This document shows, piece by piece, positions 1 through 8,169 of a DNA stretch of 64,000 nucleotides. The notes under the pieces were generated by a model. It did not search any database. It had not been told where the DNA came from and saw only the letters and a list, made by a program, of their open reading frames with translations. The first letter of the stretch is position 1; every line of letters begins with the position of its first letter. Source of the stretch: an uncultured Solirubrobacterales bacterium. Its GTDB lineage: Bacteria; Actinomycetota; Thermoleophilia; Solirubrobacterales; 70-9. The stretch is from NCBI GenBank assembly GCA_963747765.1, contig CAVVGH010000012.1, positions 165 through 64,164 on the forward strand, written 5' to 3'. The translations under genes were made by a program, and so were the position numbers.

Positions 1-687
1 CCTGGCTTTATGCAGCGGCTTGAGCACTTCGCTCCTGAAATTCGCAAGCCGGGGGTGCTCAAGCCACCGGAACAACTCGTGCTCTGACACCTCATCCGGC
101 TCGGTCAACAGAAGAACCACGGTCTGCTGCTTCCACGTCATATCGGTTCGGAGGAGCCGCTTCTTATCGCCTTGCGTCCAGACCCAGGGGGTCTCACGCT
201 CGATCAGCGCCTCGACGATCGCCGTGGCCTCGTCGACCGAGAGCGTATGCAGCATTCGCACCAACTCGGCGACAAGCCACTTCGCGGCGTAGAGCACGAT
301 CGTCGCATCCATGTGATTCGGATCGACCTCCGACCCGGCGTGCCCGACCCCACGGTTGTTTCTGATGTCGTAGAGCCCGACCATCGTGCGCGGGATCAAG
401 ATCCGCGGGGAACGGCTGTTTGGAACATGCGCGTACTTCTGCTCCAACCCCCAACATGCCTGCGCAAAGCGCGCCGGCTTGGCCGCTCGCTCGGGGTAAA
501 CGCCTCCATCGAGCCAGCCGACGATGATCGTGAATATGGCCTCGCAGAGCTTCCCTCCGTTGAGCTCAGATGGCTCCCATCGATGCTCGCGGAAATTACT
601 GACGATCTCGTTGAACGCCGCGAGCAGGTCGCCCCGCAACGACGCCGGCAAGACAGAGAGCGCATCCTCCTGTGCTTGGGCTGTCAA
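1..687 (-). CDS. HEPN/Abi_C-like abortive-infection-type protein (3' end runs off the left edge)
   Basis: Own translation of the - strand; absent from the ORF track because there is no stop inside the window. Sequence includes ...EPSELNGGKLCEAIFTIIVGWLDGG...LYDIRNNRGVGHAGSEVDPNHMDATIVLYAAKWLVAELV... The RN-x2-G-x-GH stretch fits the HEPN/Abi_C Rx4-6H-type motif. The TTG start at 687-685 overlaps the TGA stop of the upstream ORF (TTGA). Confidence 0.6.
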   Translation of the reverse strand, partial: MTAQAQEDALSVLPASLRGDLLAAFNEIVSNFREHRWEPSELNGGKLCEAIFTIIVGWLDGGVYPERAAKPARFAQACWGLEQKYAHVPNSRSPRILIPRTMVGLYDIRNNRGVGHAGSEVDPNHMDATIVLYAAKWLVAELVRMLHTLSVDEATAIVEALIERETPWVWTQGDKKRLLRTDMTWKQQTVVLLLTEPDEVSEHELFRWLEHPRLANFRSEVLKPLHKAR

Positions 688-1229
688 CTACTGCTCCCAC
701 TCACCATGCCCTGAACGTAGATAAGTCCCTCGTGGGTGACCTTGTACGTCTTATTGGACTGGCGGCTGCTGCCGGACTTTCGTAATTGGAAGATCCGCTG
801 CGGTTTCTTACGCATGTTGCTGCTCAACGCATCGGTGATGTTCGCAATCGGATGGCCGAGATTTTTGAGTTCGCTGTTCAGCGCGCGGGATTGCCACTGG
901 TCTTGCCCTTTCACCGCTTGCACCCAGTAAGCGGCGACCAGTGCCTTGTCCTCGTTCGTCTTGGGCTGTGCGGCCGCAAACAACTCCGCGAAGTGCTCGA
1001 ACTCTGGGGCCTCTGCGACGATTTCCTCGTCGGCAACCTCGCTACCGTCAGCGAGGATCTCGTCCGTACCTGCCCTCTCCCCACTAGTCTTCGAGTCAGG
1101 ACGCGGCACCGCAGACGCTGCTCCGTAACGCTCTGCGGCCCAGCGAAGGACCCGCCTGCGAGCGTCTTCGTCAAGGCTCGATAGTGCGCTCGCCACCGAA
1201 GACATCGCTTCAATCTCTGGATCTTCCAT
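684..1229 (-). CDS. hypothetical protein (181 aa), operon partner of the HEPN-like gene
   Basis: ORF track. AAAGGA RBS 5 nt upstream of the ATG, and an AT-rich promoter-like stretch at 1230-1300. No family recognised. Confidence 0.6.
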   Translation of the reverse strand: MEDPEIEAMSSVASALSSLDEDARRRVLRWAAERYGAASAVPRPDSKTSGERAGTDEILADGSEVADEEIVAEAPEFEHFAELFAAAQPKTNEDKALVAAYWVQAVKGQDQWQSRALNSELKNLGHPIANITDALSSNMRKKPQRIFQLRKSGSSRQSNKTYKVTHEGLIYVQGMVSGSSS

Positions 1230-1961
1230 GAGTTCCTTTCATTGGACATTGATCCAAAGAATAGCGCATGGCTTATGCGGCAAGGCTTTGGCCGACAAAC
1301 CGGGGTATGAGCGGCAGTGGCCCGCCAAACCCTGGCGATCCCCCGCCCAGGTGCTTCAGCGAAGCCGCAGCCTGGCCCGGCGAGGATCAGGTTCGGGTCG
1401 CCGGTACCGATGCGCGCGGCGTTCCACCGCCACAGTCGATGCACCTCCGCCGCGATCTTGGCGTTGTCCCGCCCGGTGGCAGCAGCGCGGACGCGATCGA
1501 TCACAGCGACTCACCGGGCAGCACGACATGGAGGTGGCGGCCCGCCAGGGCGCCGGGCTCCGCGGGCTCGGCGGCAGGGACCGACGCCGGATCGGGCACC
1601 TCGCCCGGCGGCGCAGCCGGAGGCGGAGCCTCGCGGCTGACGCGCGTCAGCCGAGGATCGTGACGGACACCGCGGCGCGCCAGGACGATCACCGTCGCCG
1701 TGTCGGCACACGCTCTGCCTCGGGTCACCCGGGTCAGCTCGTCCTCGACGATCAGGACCAGGGCCTCGCTCGTTCCCGCCCGTTTGACGCACTCCTCCTC
1801 TGAGCAGAAGGAGCCGCGCATTCACACAGAGCTCGATACCGGAGGCGGAGCTTGAGCGCCTCCCGCGACCGACTACCGATCGTGGAGGTACTTGATGCTG
1901 CCGTCACCCCAGCGGCCGCCCGCATGCACCTACGCAATCAGCGACTCCCGTCCGTTCCCAG

Positions 1962-2228
1962 TCAGCGCTCGTATGCCCGGCCGCGAGGAAGAACACGGAG
2001 AACAGTGACCTGGCGGCCCGCCGGGTCCCGATCGAGGCGGACCCGCCACTCGCCGACGCGCAACCTGTACTCCGAGGAGCCGCTCAGTCTCCGTATGTCG
2101 CTGCGCGGGTCACCTACCGCGAGCGCGTCGATCGCCAGGATCACCCGACGCGCGACCTGCTTGTCGAGGCGGCGCAGGTCCCGCCGCGCCCGCGACGTGT
2201 AGGCCACCCGCCAGGCGGGATCGCTCAC
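1962..2228 (-). CDS. type II toxin, RelE/ParE family
   Basis: 88 aa, WRVAYTSRARRDLRRLDKQVARRVILAIDALA...EYRLRVGEWRV...VLRVLPRGRAY, typical of RelE/ParE. 4-nt overlap with the upstream antitoxin gene. Confidence 0.8.
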   Translation of the reverse strand: MSDPAWRVAYTSRARRDLRRLDKQVARRVILAIDALAVGDPRSDIRRLSGSSEYRLRVGEWRVRLDRDPAGRQVTVLRVLPRGRAYER

Positions 2229-2473
2229 CCGGTCCCGAACTCGCGCCCGATCTCCTCGCTGGAGAGGAGCGTGCCGCCCGCCGCCATCTCCTTTCGGGCA
2301 TCCCGCACGGCGGCCTCCTCCTCAGCCGAGATCTCCTCGTCCTCAGGGGGCGCTTCGTCGAGAAGGCGGATCATCGGGTCGCCCGGGCGTGCCTCGATCG
2401 CCTCGAGGGCAGCCGCGAGCTCCTCCTCGGGGAGCTCGTCCACGATCCGATGGAGCTTCTCGCGGGTCGTCAT
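2225..2473 (-). CDS. type II antitoxin (acidic, cognate to the RelE/ParE toxin)
   Basis: 82 aa, acidic (EE/DE-rich), immediately upstream of and overlapping the toxin gene. Call rests on position and composition. Confidence 0.65.
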   Translation of the reverse strand: MTTREKLHRIVDELPEEELAAALEAIEARPGDPMIRLLDEAPPEDEEISAEEEAAVRDARKEMAAGGTLLSSEEIGREFGTG

Positions 2474-2763
2474 GGTAGATCCGATGGTAGCGCCAGGAGG
2501 CGGCCCGGCCGAGCAGGAAACGGCGAACGGTCAATCCCGGGCCGCAGTAGTTTTGGATCACGGCACAGCGGAAGACCCTCAGTGCGAAACAAGTCGATCT
2601 ACTTCGGTGGGTCCGCGACGGCTGTCCGAAGGGCGTCTACGGCGACGACCATCACCGCATCTCGGCCGCGGCCCTGCGGCGACGGGGCTTCCTTTCGATC
2701 TCGGGTCGCGGGTCGAGCTGGCATGCGGACCTGACGAAATCCGGACGGGATTACCTGGGCCGC

Positions 2764-4008
2764 GTGGAAGGGCACGATCCTCCTGCCCCACGACAGGCCA
2801 ACGTGTCGGTCACCCAGGAACTGGTCGACGACGTGATCGCCAGCGGCGGGACGCTGGTCGTGCCGTCAAAGAGTTGGCGGGACCCGGACTCTGTCGACTA
2901 CAGGCGGCGGGCCAGGCTCGCCGAAAACCTCGGGAAGCTCCCGACGGGAAAGCTGTTCGCGATCAGGAACCTTCCCGACGGCAATCTCGAGATCGAACTG
3001 GTCGCCGGTCCCACGACGCCGGGCGGTGGGAAACCGAAACCGATCGACGTGCCGGAGCGAATCTCCCGCCACCACCCCGCCGCGAAAGCCTTCCGAGATG
3101 AAACGAACCGCCACGAGGTCTCCAGGGAGCTGGCGCAGAGGGCGACCCGTATCGTCCATGCCCTCTCGCGCGAGGCGACGGCGCGCGGCTGGAAGGTCCG
3201 GTCAGCGGGCCGTAGCCCGGATGCATATGGACGGGAGAGCTGGACGCCGAGCAAGGATGGGCACCTCGTCATCGAGACCGAGGACGAACGGTTCTGGTTT
3301 CGCCTCCGCGAGGGCGGGGTCCGCCTGCGTCGTCCCTGGGAGGCGGAGGTCGAGCGCTACCGCGATGCCGACCCCGACAGCTACTCATGGCGGGACCGCG
3401 AGATTCCCCGAGGACCCTACGACGCGAACGCCGACGGCAAACTCGATCTGGTGCTCTTCTGCGGGAAGCGTTACGCGTACGGCGACCGTCAATCGCGCTG
3501 GGGCGACCGCCAGCGCTGGAGCCTCGAGGATCGACTCACGGATGTCGTGCTGGAGATCGAAATCCGCGCCGCCGAAGCAACGCTCCGCGAGGAGGAAGAG
3601 CGTGAAGCGGCGGCCGAAGCAAAGCAACGTGCCGAGGAGGAGGCCGAACGACGCCAGGTCGACTTCAAGGTCCACCTCAAAGAGGCCTGGCGGGGCCTCT
3701 TCGAGGCCCGAAGAGCGAAGGAGCTCAGGTCACAGGCGTCGGCCTGGTCGGAGGCCAGGACGCTCGGCGCCTACTGCGATGCGGTCGAGGCTACGCACGG
3801 CGACGACCCCGAGGCTCGTCGTTGGTTGGAGTGGGCGCGTGGCTTCATCGAGGAGCTCGACCCACTCGACAAGCCTCCGTCGTTGCCGGAGATAACCGAG
3901 GCGCCCGAAGACGAGCTCCAGCAATACATGCCCAAAGGCTGGAGCGTGCAAGGACCTGAGCATCCGGACCCTCGGAAGATCCGCGGAACTTTCGGCGCCA
4001 GGAGGTAG
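2764..4008 (+). CDS. hypothetical protein with central Glu/Arg coiled-coil
   Basis: ORF track (GTG start). Contains EEEREAAAEAKQRAEEEAERR; no family recognised. The coding-like frame continues upstream to 2551 without any ATG/GTG/TTG (see findings). Confidence 0.7.
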   Translation: MEGHDPPAPRQANVSVTQELVDDVIASGGTLVVPSKSWRDPDSVDYRRRARLAENLGKLPTGKLFAIRNLPDGNLEIELVAGPTTPGGGKPKPIDVPERISRHHPAAKAFRDETNRHEVSRELAQRATRIVHALSREATARGWKVRSAGRSPDAYGRESWTPSKDGHLVIETEDERFWFRLREGGVRLRRPWEAEVERYRDADPDSYSWRDREIPRGPYDANADGKLDLVLFCGKRYAYGDRQSRWGDRQRWSLEDRLTDVVLEIEIRAAEATLREEEEREAAAEAKQRAEEEAERRQVDFKVHLKEAWRGLFEARRAKELRSQASAWSEARTLGAYCDAVEATHGDDPEARRWLEWARGFIEELDPLDKPPSLPEITEAPEDELQQYMPKGWSVQGPEHPDPRKIRGTFGARR

Positions 4009-4337
4009 GCACCGCAGATAGCTCGGGACCAATTGACTCTCGTCGCTCAAATCGCGCAGGATCTCGGCATGGCGTCGAATCTCGCGCCGCCTGGACGGCG
4101 CGTACCATGAGGATCTCCCCTCCCCGCGCACCACCGAGCCCGTCATCGTTTTGCAAATTGATGAGCAACGCATCCGTGTCGATACCGACCAAGGCTCCAC
4201 GGGCGGAGTCGACGACGTCGACCAATTTGTCGGATGGTTCGCCGACTGGTGGTTGCGGCGAGGCAGTCGCCTGACTGCAGAGCACCAGGCGCAGGAATCG
4301 TCATGCGCTGACGAGAATCAGCCTGACTGAGCAAGGA

Positions 4338-4376
4338 CTGAGGTCGCGGGTTGGACCCTCAAACCCGCGACCTCAG
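4338..4376. repeat. perfect 15-bp-stem inverted repeat (ctgaggtcgcgggtt-N9-aacccgcgacctcag)
   Basis: Read directly from the sequence. The right arm plus flank (ggaccctcaaacccgcgacctcagccg) resembles the tRNA-Asp T-arm fragment at 4515-4560, so this is a third, degenerate copy. Confidence 0.7.
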
Positions 4377-4469
4377 CCGAGGTATCGATTTGCAGGCATT
4401 TCTCAGAGGCGAACCCAGGGCTCTTAACGGTGCGGCTCTTGCGAACGCCGGAGATGCCAAGTGCAAAAC

Positions 4470-4591
4470 ACGACTATCTGCAGGGGAAACTCGCCTTGAC
4501 CCTGACAATGGATACGGGAGCGACGGGACTCGAACCCGCGACCTCCGGCGTGACAGGCGCTCGGGCGTGATCTCATGGCAGCCACGAAAAG
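4470..4591 (-). repeat. left part of repeat copy 1, containing a tRNA-Asp(GTC) 3'-half fragment (4515-4560), split by the IS66 insertion
   Basis: The - strand reads ...CTGTCAC GCCGG AGGTC GCGGG TTCGAGT CCCGT CGCTCCC G, i.e. anticodon loop through acceptor 3' strand of a tRNA-Asp. There is no matching 5' acceptor (GGGAGCG) upstream. 46 nt are identical to 45228-45273. Confidence 0.75.
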
Positions 4592-6141
4592 GTAACCGTT
4601 CAGTCGCCGGCCACGGGTAGGCATGATCGCGACGACGATCGGCAGGGAGCCGTTGATCAGGCAAGCAGCGGAGCGGGGTCGCCGCGAACCCGCGCTCCAA
4701 GCACGTCGGCGAGGTAGGCGAAAAGCGAGCGGCCCTGCAGCCGGCAGGTGACCGAAGCGGAGAGCAGCCGCTGGGTCGTGGTCTCGCCACGCTCGGATTG
4801 ACTGCCGAGCGAGAGCTTGCGGTGGATCACCGGCCCGCGCAGGGCGCGCTCGGCCCGGTTGTTGGTCGGCTCCACGCCCTCCACCTCGACGAAGGTCCAA
4901 AGCGCCGGCCAGATCTTCAGCAGGTTCTTGGAGAAGCCCCAGGTGAGCTTGTTGCGCCGGCCCTTGGAGCCGCGCAGGAGGAGTGCTTTCAGCTCGCGTT
5001 TGAGCGGCGCGACCTCGCGCTTCAGGCGGCGGCGGTCGCCGTGCTCTCGAAACTCATCCCAGGCCGAGAACAGGCGGCGAGCGACCTCGAGGCCCCGCTC
5101 GCCGAATTCCTTCTGGGCGGCGAGCCCCTCGGAGTGGGCGGTCAGGTCTCTGATCAGGTGCGACCAGCAGGCCTGGCGCCTCTCAGGATCGAAGCCGCGG
5201 TAGGCCCACCAGCGATCGGAGCCGACGATGCCGGAGAAGTCCTCGCCCAGGAGGGCCGCCACCTCTCGCTCGTGGCGGTCGGGGGCGATGCGAAAGACGG
5301 CGGCGCGGGAGGCGACGGCGCCCCACAGGGTGCGCCCCTCGCCGCGCAGCTTCCAACCTGTCTCATCGACGTTGAGAGCCGGCGCAGAGCGGATGCGGGC
5401 GAGCAGGTCCTCGTAGGGCTCTTCCAGCGCCTCGCCCGCTCGGCCGAGGATCGCGTCGACCGTGCCGCTCGCCAGCCTCGCGCCGAACAGCTCGACCATC
5501 AGCTCGACCGTGTCGCGGCGCGAGACGCGGTTGCGGATCGCGAGCGTCGCCACGGCGGCTTCCATGCGCGGGCCGAAGGCGCCGGCGGGAACATCCGCCG
5601 GCAGCACGGCGCGGGTCGCCTTGCCGCAGTCGGGGCAGAGGCGGCGGTGCAGGTGGTGCTCGGTGACCTCCACCGAGATCTCGGGCAGCTCGGTGACCTG
5701 GTGGCGGGCGGGCTCGCCGACCTCCTCGTCCGCCCCGGCGAAGCAGCGCCCGCAGCCGCAGCGCGCCGGCCAGTGGTCCACCACCCTGTCGACCGCCTCG
5801 GCCGGCAGCAGCTTCCTGCCCTTGCCTCGGTGGCCGGGCTGGGCGCCCTGGGAGCGCCCGGAGGGGTCGGGTCGCCTGCGCTCGGGCGCTCCCGGCGGGT
5901 CCTGGCTCGGCGGGGTCGAGGAGTTGCGCGAGTTGCGGTTCAGGCGGCGCTGCAGCTCGGCGATCTGCTCGCCCTGCTTTTTGACCTGCTTGGTCAGCTG
6001 CTGGATCTGCTCGTCCATCCGCAGCAAGACGGCGACCACCGCCTCGCGACCGGCGTCGTAGATCGCCTCGGCCTCCTCGCGCTCCACGCTGAAGAGTTCG
6101 CCGGCCGGCGGTTATGTCCCCCTGCCCGACTGAACGCTTAC
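4592..6141 (-). mobile_element. IS66-family insertion sequence (single-ORF type), intact
   Basis: 15-bp terminal IRs GTAACCGTTCAGTCG (4592-4606) and CGACTGAACGCTTAC (6127-6141), matching 14/15. They begin with the IS66-typical GTAA. Flanked by a perfect 8-bp direct repeat ACGAAAAG (4584-4591 and 6142-6149). Confidence 0.9.
4657..6087 (-). CDS. IS66-family transposase
   Basis: 476 aa. Has an N-terminal leucine-zipper-like region, a Zn-finger CPDCG, then ...LNVDETGWK...WSHLIRD...TNNRAERALR..., typical of the IS66 TnpC-type DDE transposase. Confidence 0.9.
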   Translation of the reverse strand: MEREEAEAIYDAGREAVVAVLLRMDEQIQQLTKQVKKQGEQIAELQRRLNRNSRNSSTPPSQDPPGAPERRRPDPSGRSQGAQPGHRGKGRKLLPAEAVDRVVDHWPARCGCGRCFAGADEEVGEPARHQVTELPEISVEVTEHHLHRRLCPDCGKATRAVLPADVPAGAFGPRMEAAVATLAIRNRVSRRDTVELMVELFGARLASGTVDAILGRAGEALEEPYEDLLARIRSAPALNVDETGWKLRGEGRTLWGAVASRAAVFRIAPDRHEREVAALLGEDFSGIVGSDRWWAYRGFDPERRQACWSHLIRDLTAHSEGLAAQKEFGERGLEVARRLFSAWDEFREHGDRRRLKREVAPLKRELKALLLRGSKGRRNKLTWGFSKNLLKIWPALWTFVEVEGVEPTNNRAERALRGPVIHRKLSLGSQSERGETTTQRLLSASVTCRLQGRSLFAYLADVLGARVRGDPAPLLA

Positions 6142-6306
6142 ACGAAAAGGCGATTTTGCAGGGACTTCTCCGCACGTCCAAGCGGGATCTTGCCTGAAAT
6201 CTGCGCCGATGTGCGTCTACATGTCGTCGTTTCGGGCACTCTGTGCGAGAAGTGCCTCAACGGGCGAGGCCCGGTTAGTCGGCCGGTTGGACTTCAGCTG
6301 GGCGGC
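6142..6306 (-). repeat. right part of repeat copy 1 (homologous to 45290-45460)
   Basis: By-eye alignment: gatcttgcctgaa..gcgccga...tttcgggcact..gtgcg..agtgcctcaacg.gcgaggcccggtt is shared with copy 2. It contains the conserved hairpin ggcact(c)-N8-(g)agtgcc. Confidence 0.65.
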
Positions 6307-6379
6307 CGCCAGATCGCGCCAACTCCGCGTGCGACCACAACCGCCCGGCATCAACCCGGCACCACACCATTCACAGGGC

Positions 6380-6665
6380 TCAGCCCCCGCGGTGCTGCAG
6401 GAGCGCGCCCTGCTCGGCGAGCGGGCCGATCTCCAGGCCGCTCATCGCCTCGCCGAGCCCGAGCGAGGCGGCGGTGACCCGCTCGGGGTCCTCGAAGTGC
6501 GTGGTCGCCTCGACGATCGCCTTGGCGCGCCGCGCCGGATCGTCGGATTTGACGATCCCCGAGCCGACGAAGTTGCCCTCGGCGCCGAGCTGCATCATCA
6601 GTGCCGCGTCGGCCGGCGTCGCGATCCCTGTGGGGTGCGTAAACCCGAACGGGATCCCCAAGGAA
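6380..6665 (-). pseudogene. pdxS: pdxS (PLP synthase lyase subunit), 3' fragment only
   Basis: ...[51 protein letters not shown]...GLGEAM matches only the C-terminal ~90 aa of PdxS. The 5' two-thirds is absent on both sides of the adjacent IS remnant. Confidence 0.8.
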
Positions 6666-6720
6666 GCCTCGGGCCGGCCTAGGGTCAGCCGCCCCGTCAT
6701 CGACCCGAAGAGAGCCGCCG

Positions 6721-7794
6721 TTGATCACGTCGTTCCTCTACCTCGCGCTGCGCAGGCTGATCGAGCTGGTGGCGCTCCGTCCGCGCTCCGCCGAATACAA
6801 GGAGCTGGAGATCGTCGTGCTCCGCCACGAGATCGCGATCCTGCGGCGTCAGGTCGCGAGGCTGGCCCTCAGGCTGGCCGATCGTGCCTTCCTGGCTGCG
6901 GCCAGCCGCCTGCTACCGGGGTGGCGCTGGTCCTCGTTTTTCGTCACTCCCGAGACCCTGCTCAGTTGGCATCGTTGGCTGGTCTTCCGCCACTGGAGCG
7001 ATCCGAGCCGCATGCCGGGCCGTCCGAAAATCGGTGCTGAGATCCGCGCGCTCGTCCTGCGGCTGGCGCGCGAGGAACCCGCGCTGGGGCTACCGGCGGA
7101 TCGTGGGCGAGCTCGCCGGCCTCCGCGTGGAACTCTCGCCGACCAGTGTCCGCAAGATCCTGATAGAGGCAGGCCTCGGCCCGGTTGGGACGCGTGGCGG
7201 CCTCTCCTGGCGTGACTTCATCCGCCATCAGGCGAAGGGCATGATCGCCTGTGACTTCTTCACGGTCGACACGATCTCCCTACGGCGCATCTTCGTGCTC
7301 TTCTTCATCGAGATCTCCACCCGTCGGGTCCACCTCACCGGCATGACCGGGAACCCCGACGGAGCTTGGGTCGCCCAGCAAGCGTGAAACCTCGCCTGGG
7401 AACTCTCGGATCGTGAGATCTCGCCGCGCTTCCTGATCCGCGACAACGACGCCAAGTTCGGTGGCGCGTTCGACGAGGTCTTCAGGGCCGAGGGCGTCGA
7501 GGTCATCCGCACCCCGGTCGAGACACCGAAGGCCAACGCGATCGCCGAGCGCTTCGTCGGCACCGTGCGCAGAGAGTGCCTCGACTGGACCTTGATCGCC
7601 AACCGGCGACATCTCGAACGGGTTCTCCGGACCTTTGCCGACCACTACAACGGGCATCGACTCACCGGGCACTGAGCCTGGCGGCGCCGGACCGGGCGCA
7701 GGTCACACCGATGCCCCAGAGGCTCTCGGTCCCCGCGGTGAACAGACGCGATCGGCTCGGCGGATTGATTCACGAGTACCGCGCCACGGCCTGA
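6721..7794 (+). pseudogene. rve-domain (IS481/IS3-superfamily) transposase, decayed
   Basis: The reading frame is split over three frames (6721.., 6884..7387, 7576..7794). There is a frameshift near 7075, an in-frame TGA at 7385 (WVAQQA*NLAWEL) and a frameshift near 7655. It ends with the typical ...RRDRLGGLIHEY. Confidence 0.8.
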
Positions 7795-8169
7795 TCGGAT
7801 CGGGCTCGGGCCAGTCGCCTCTTGCGCACCCTCGGTGAAAATGGAGCCTCGCGTTGTACCGTGGAACTCAGTCGCCAATGAATCGGCGCTGCAGATCAGG
7901 CCATCGTGACCACCGACCCGCCGTCCCACCAAGTCCGAGGACACCGTTTGGCCGGATACGAGCCCGTCTTAGCCGCATGATCGAGTTTGCGAACCCCACA
8001 GGGCGCAGAGGATCTTGCCGTCCACTGCGTGAAGACGGGTGTGGAGTCTTTTTGCGTTGAGTTCATCGAACCGTCCCCTTCTGGTGACTTCCGAGTTCAT
8101 CGTTGTTCCCGGCCGGGGGAAGGCATCGTTTGTCCGCCACATCCGACGGTGCGGGAAGTCACGGACGCG

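Noticed and set aside
911-1821. Two - strand ORFs joined by a GTGA overlap (1501-1821 and 1504 downwards) that could be a small operon or a second toxin-antitoxin pair.
   Set aside because: No recognisable motifs. The second ORF runs 300 nt into the well-supported 684-1229 gene in another frame, so it is at best a decayed remnant. Not reported as a feature.
3730-4285. - strand ORFs downstream of the 414-aa gene, with a PIN-like looking stretch (ALVGIDTDALLINL).
   Set aside because: The similarity is a single short motif, the signal is split across two frames, and they overlap the end of the 2764-4008 CDS. Insufficient support.
4380-4450. Possible degenerate complete tRNA (ggcat...atgcc closing stem with a GGTTCG T-loop-like motif).
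   Set aside because: It could not be folded into a cloverleaf: the acceptor stem is only 5 bp, and there is no credible anticodon or D arm.
4798-6477. Very long ORFs on the strand opposite recognised genes (for example 4798-6477 +, 9527-11101 +, 15159-16928 +, 16935-18878 +, 39267-41042 -, 46339-48366 -).
   Set aside because: Their translations are Arg/Pro/Gly/Ala-rich low-complexity sequences typical of antisense or off-frame ORFs in high-GC DNA. The opposite strand or another frame encodes proteins with clear family motifs.
7975-8105. Small - strand ORFs downstream of the SDR (MNSEVTRRGRFDELNAKRLH... and MNSTQKDSTPVF...), with duplicated ATGAACTC starts.
   Set aside because: They are short, overlap each other in different frames, and have no motif. 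They were also checked as a possible missing pdxS 5' part and did not match.
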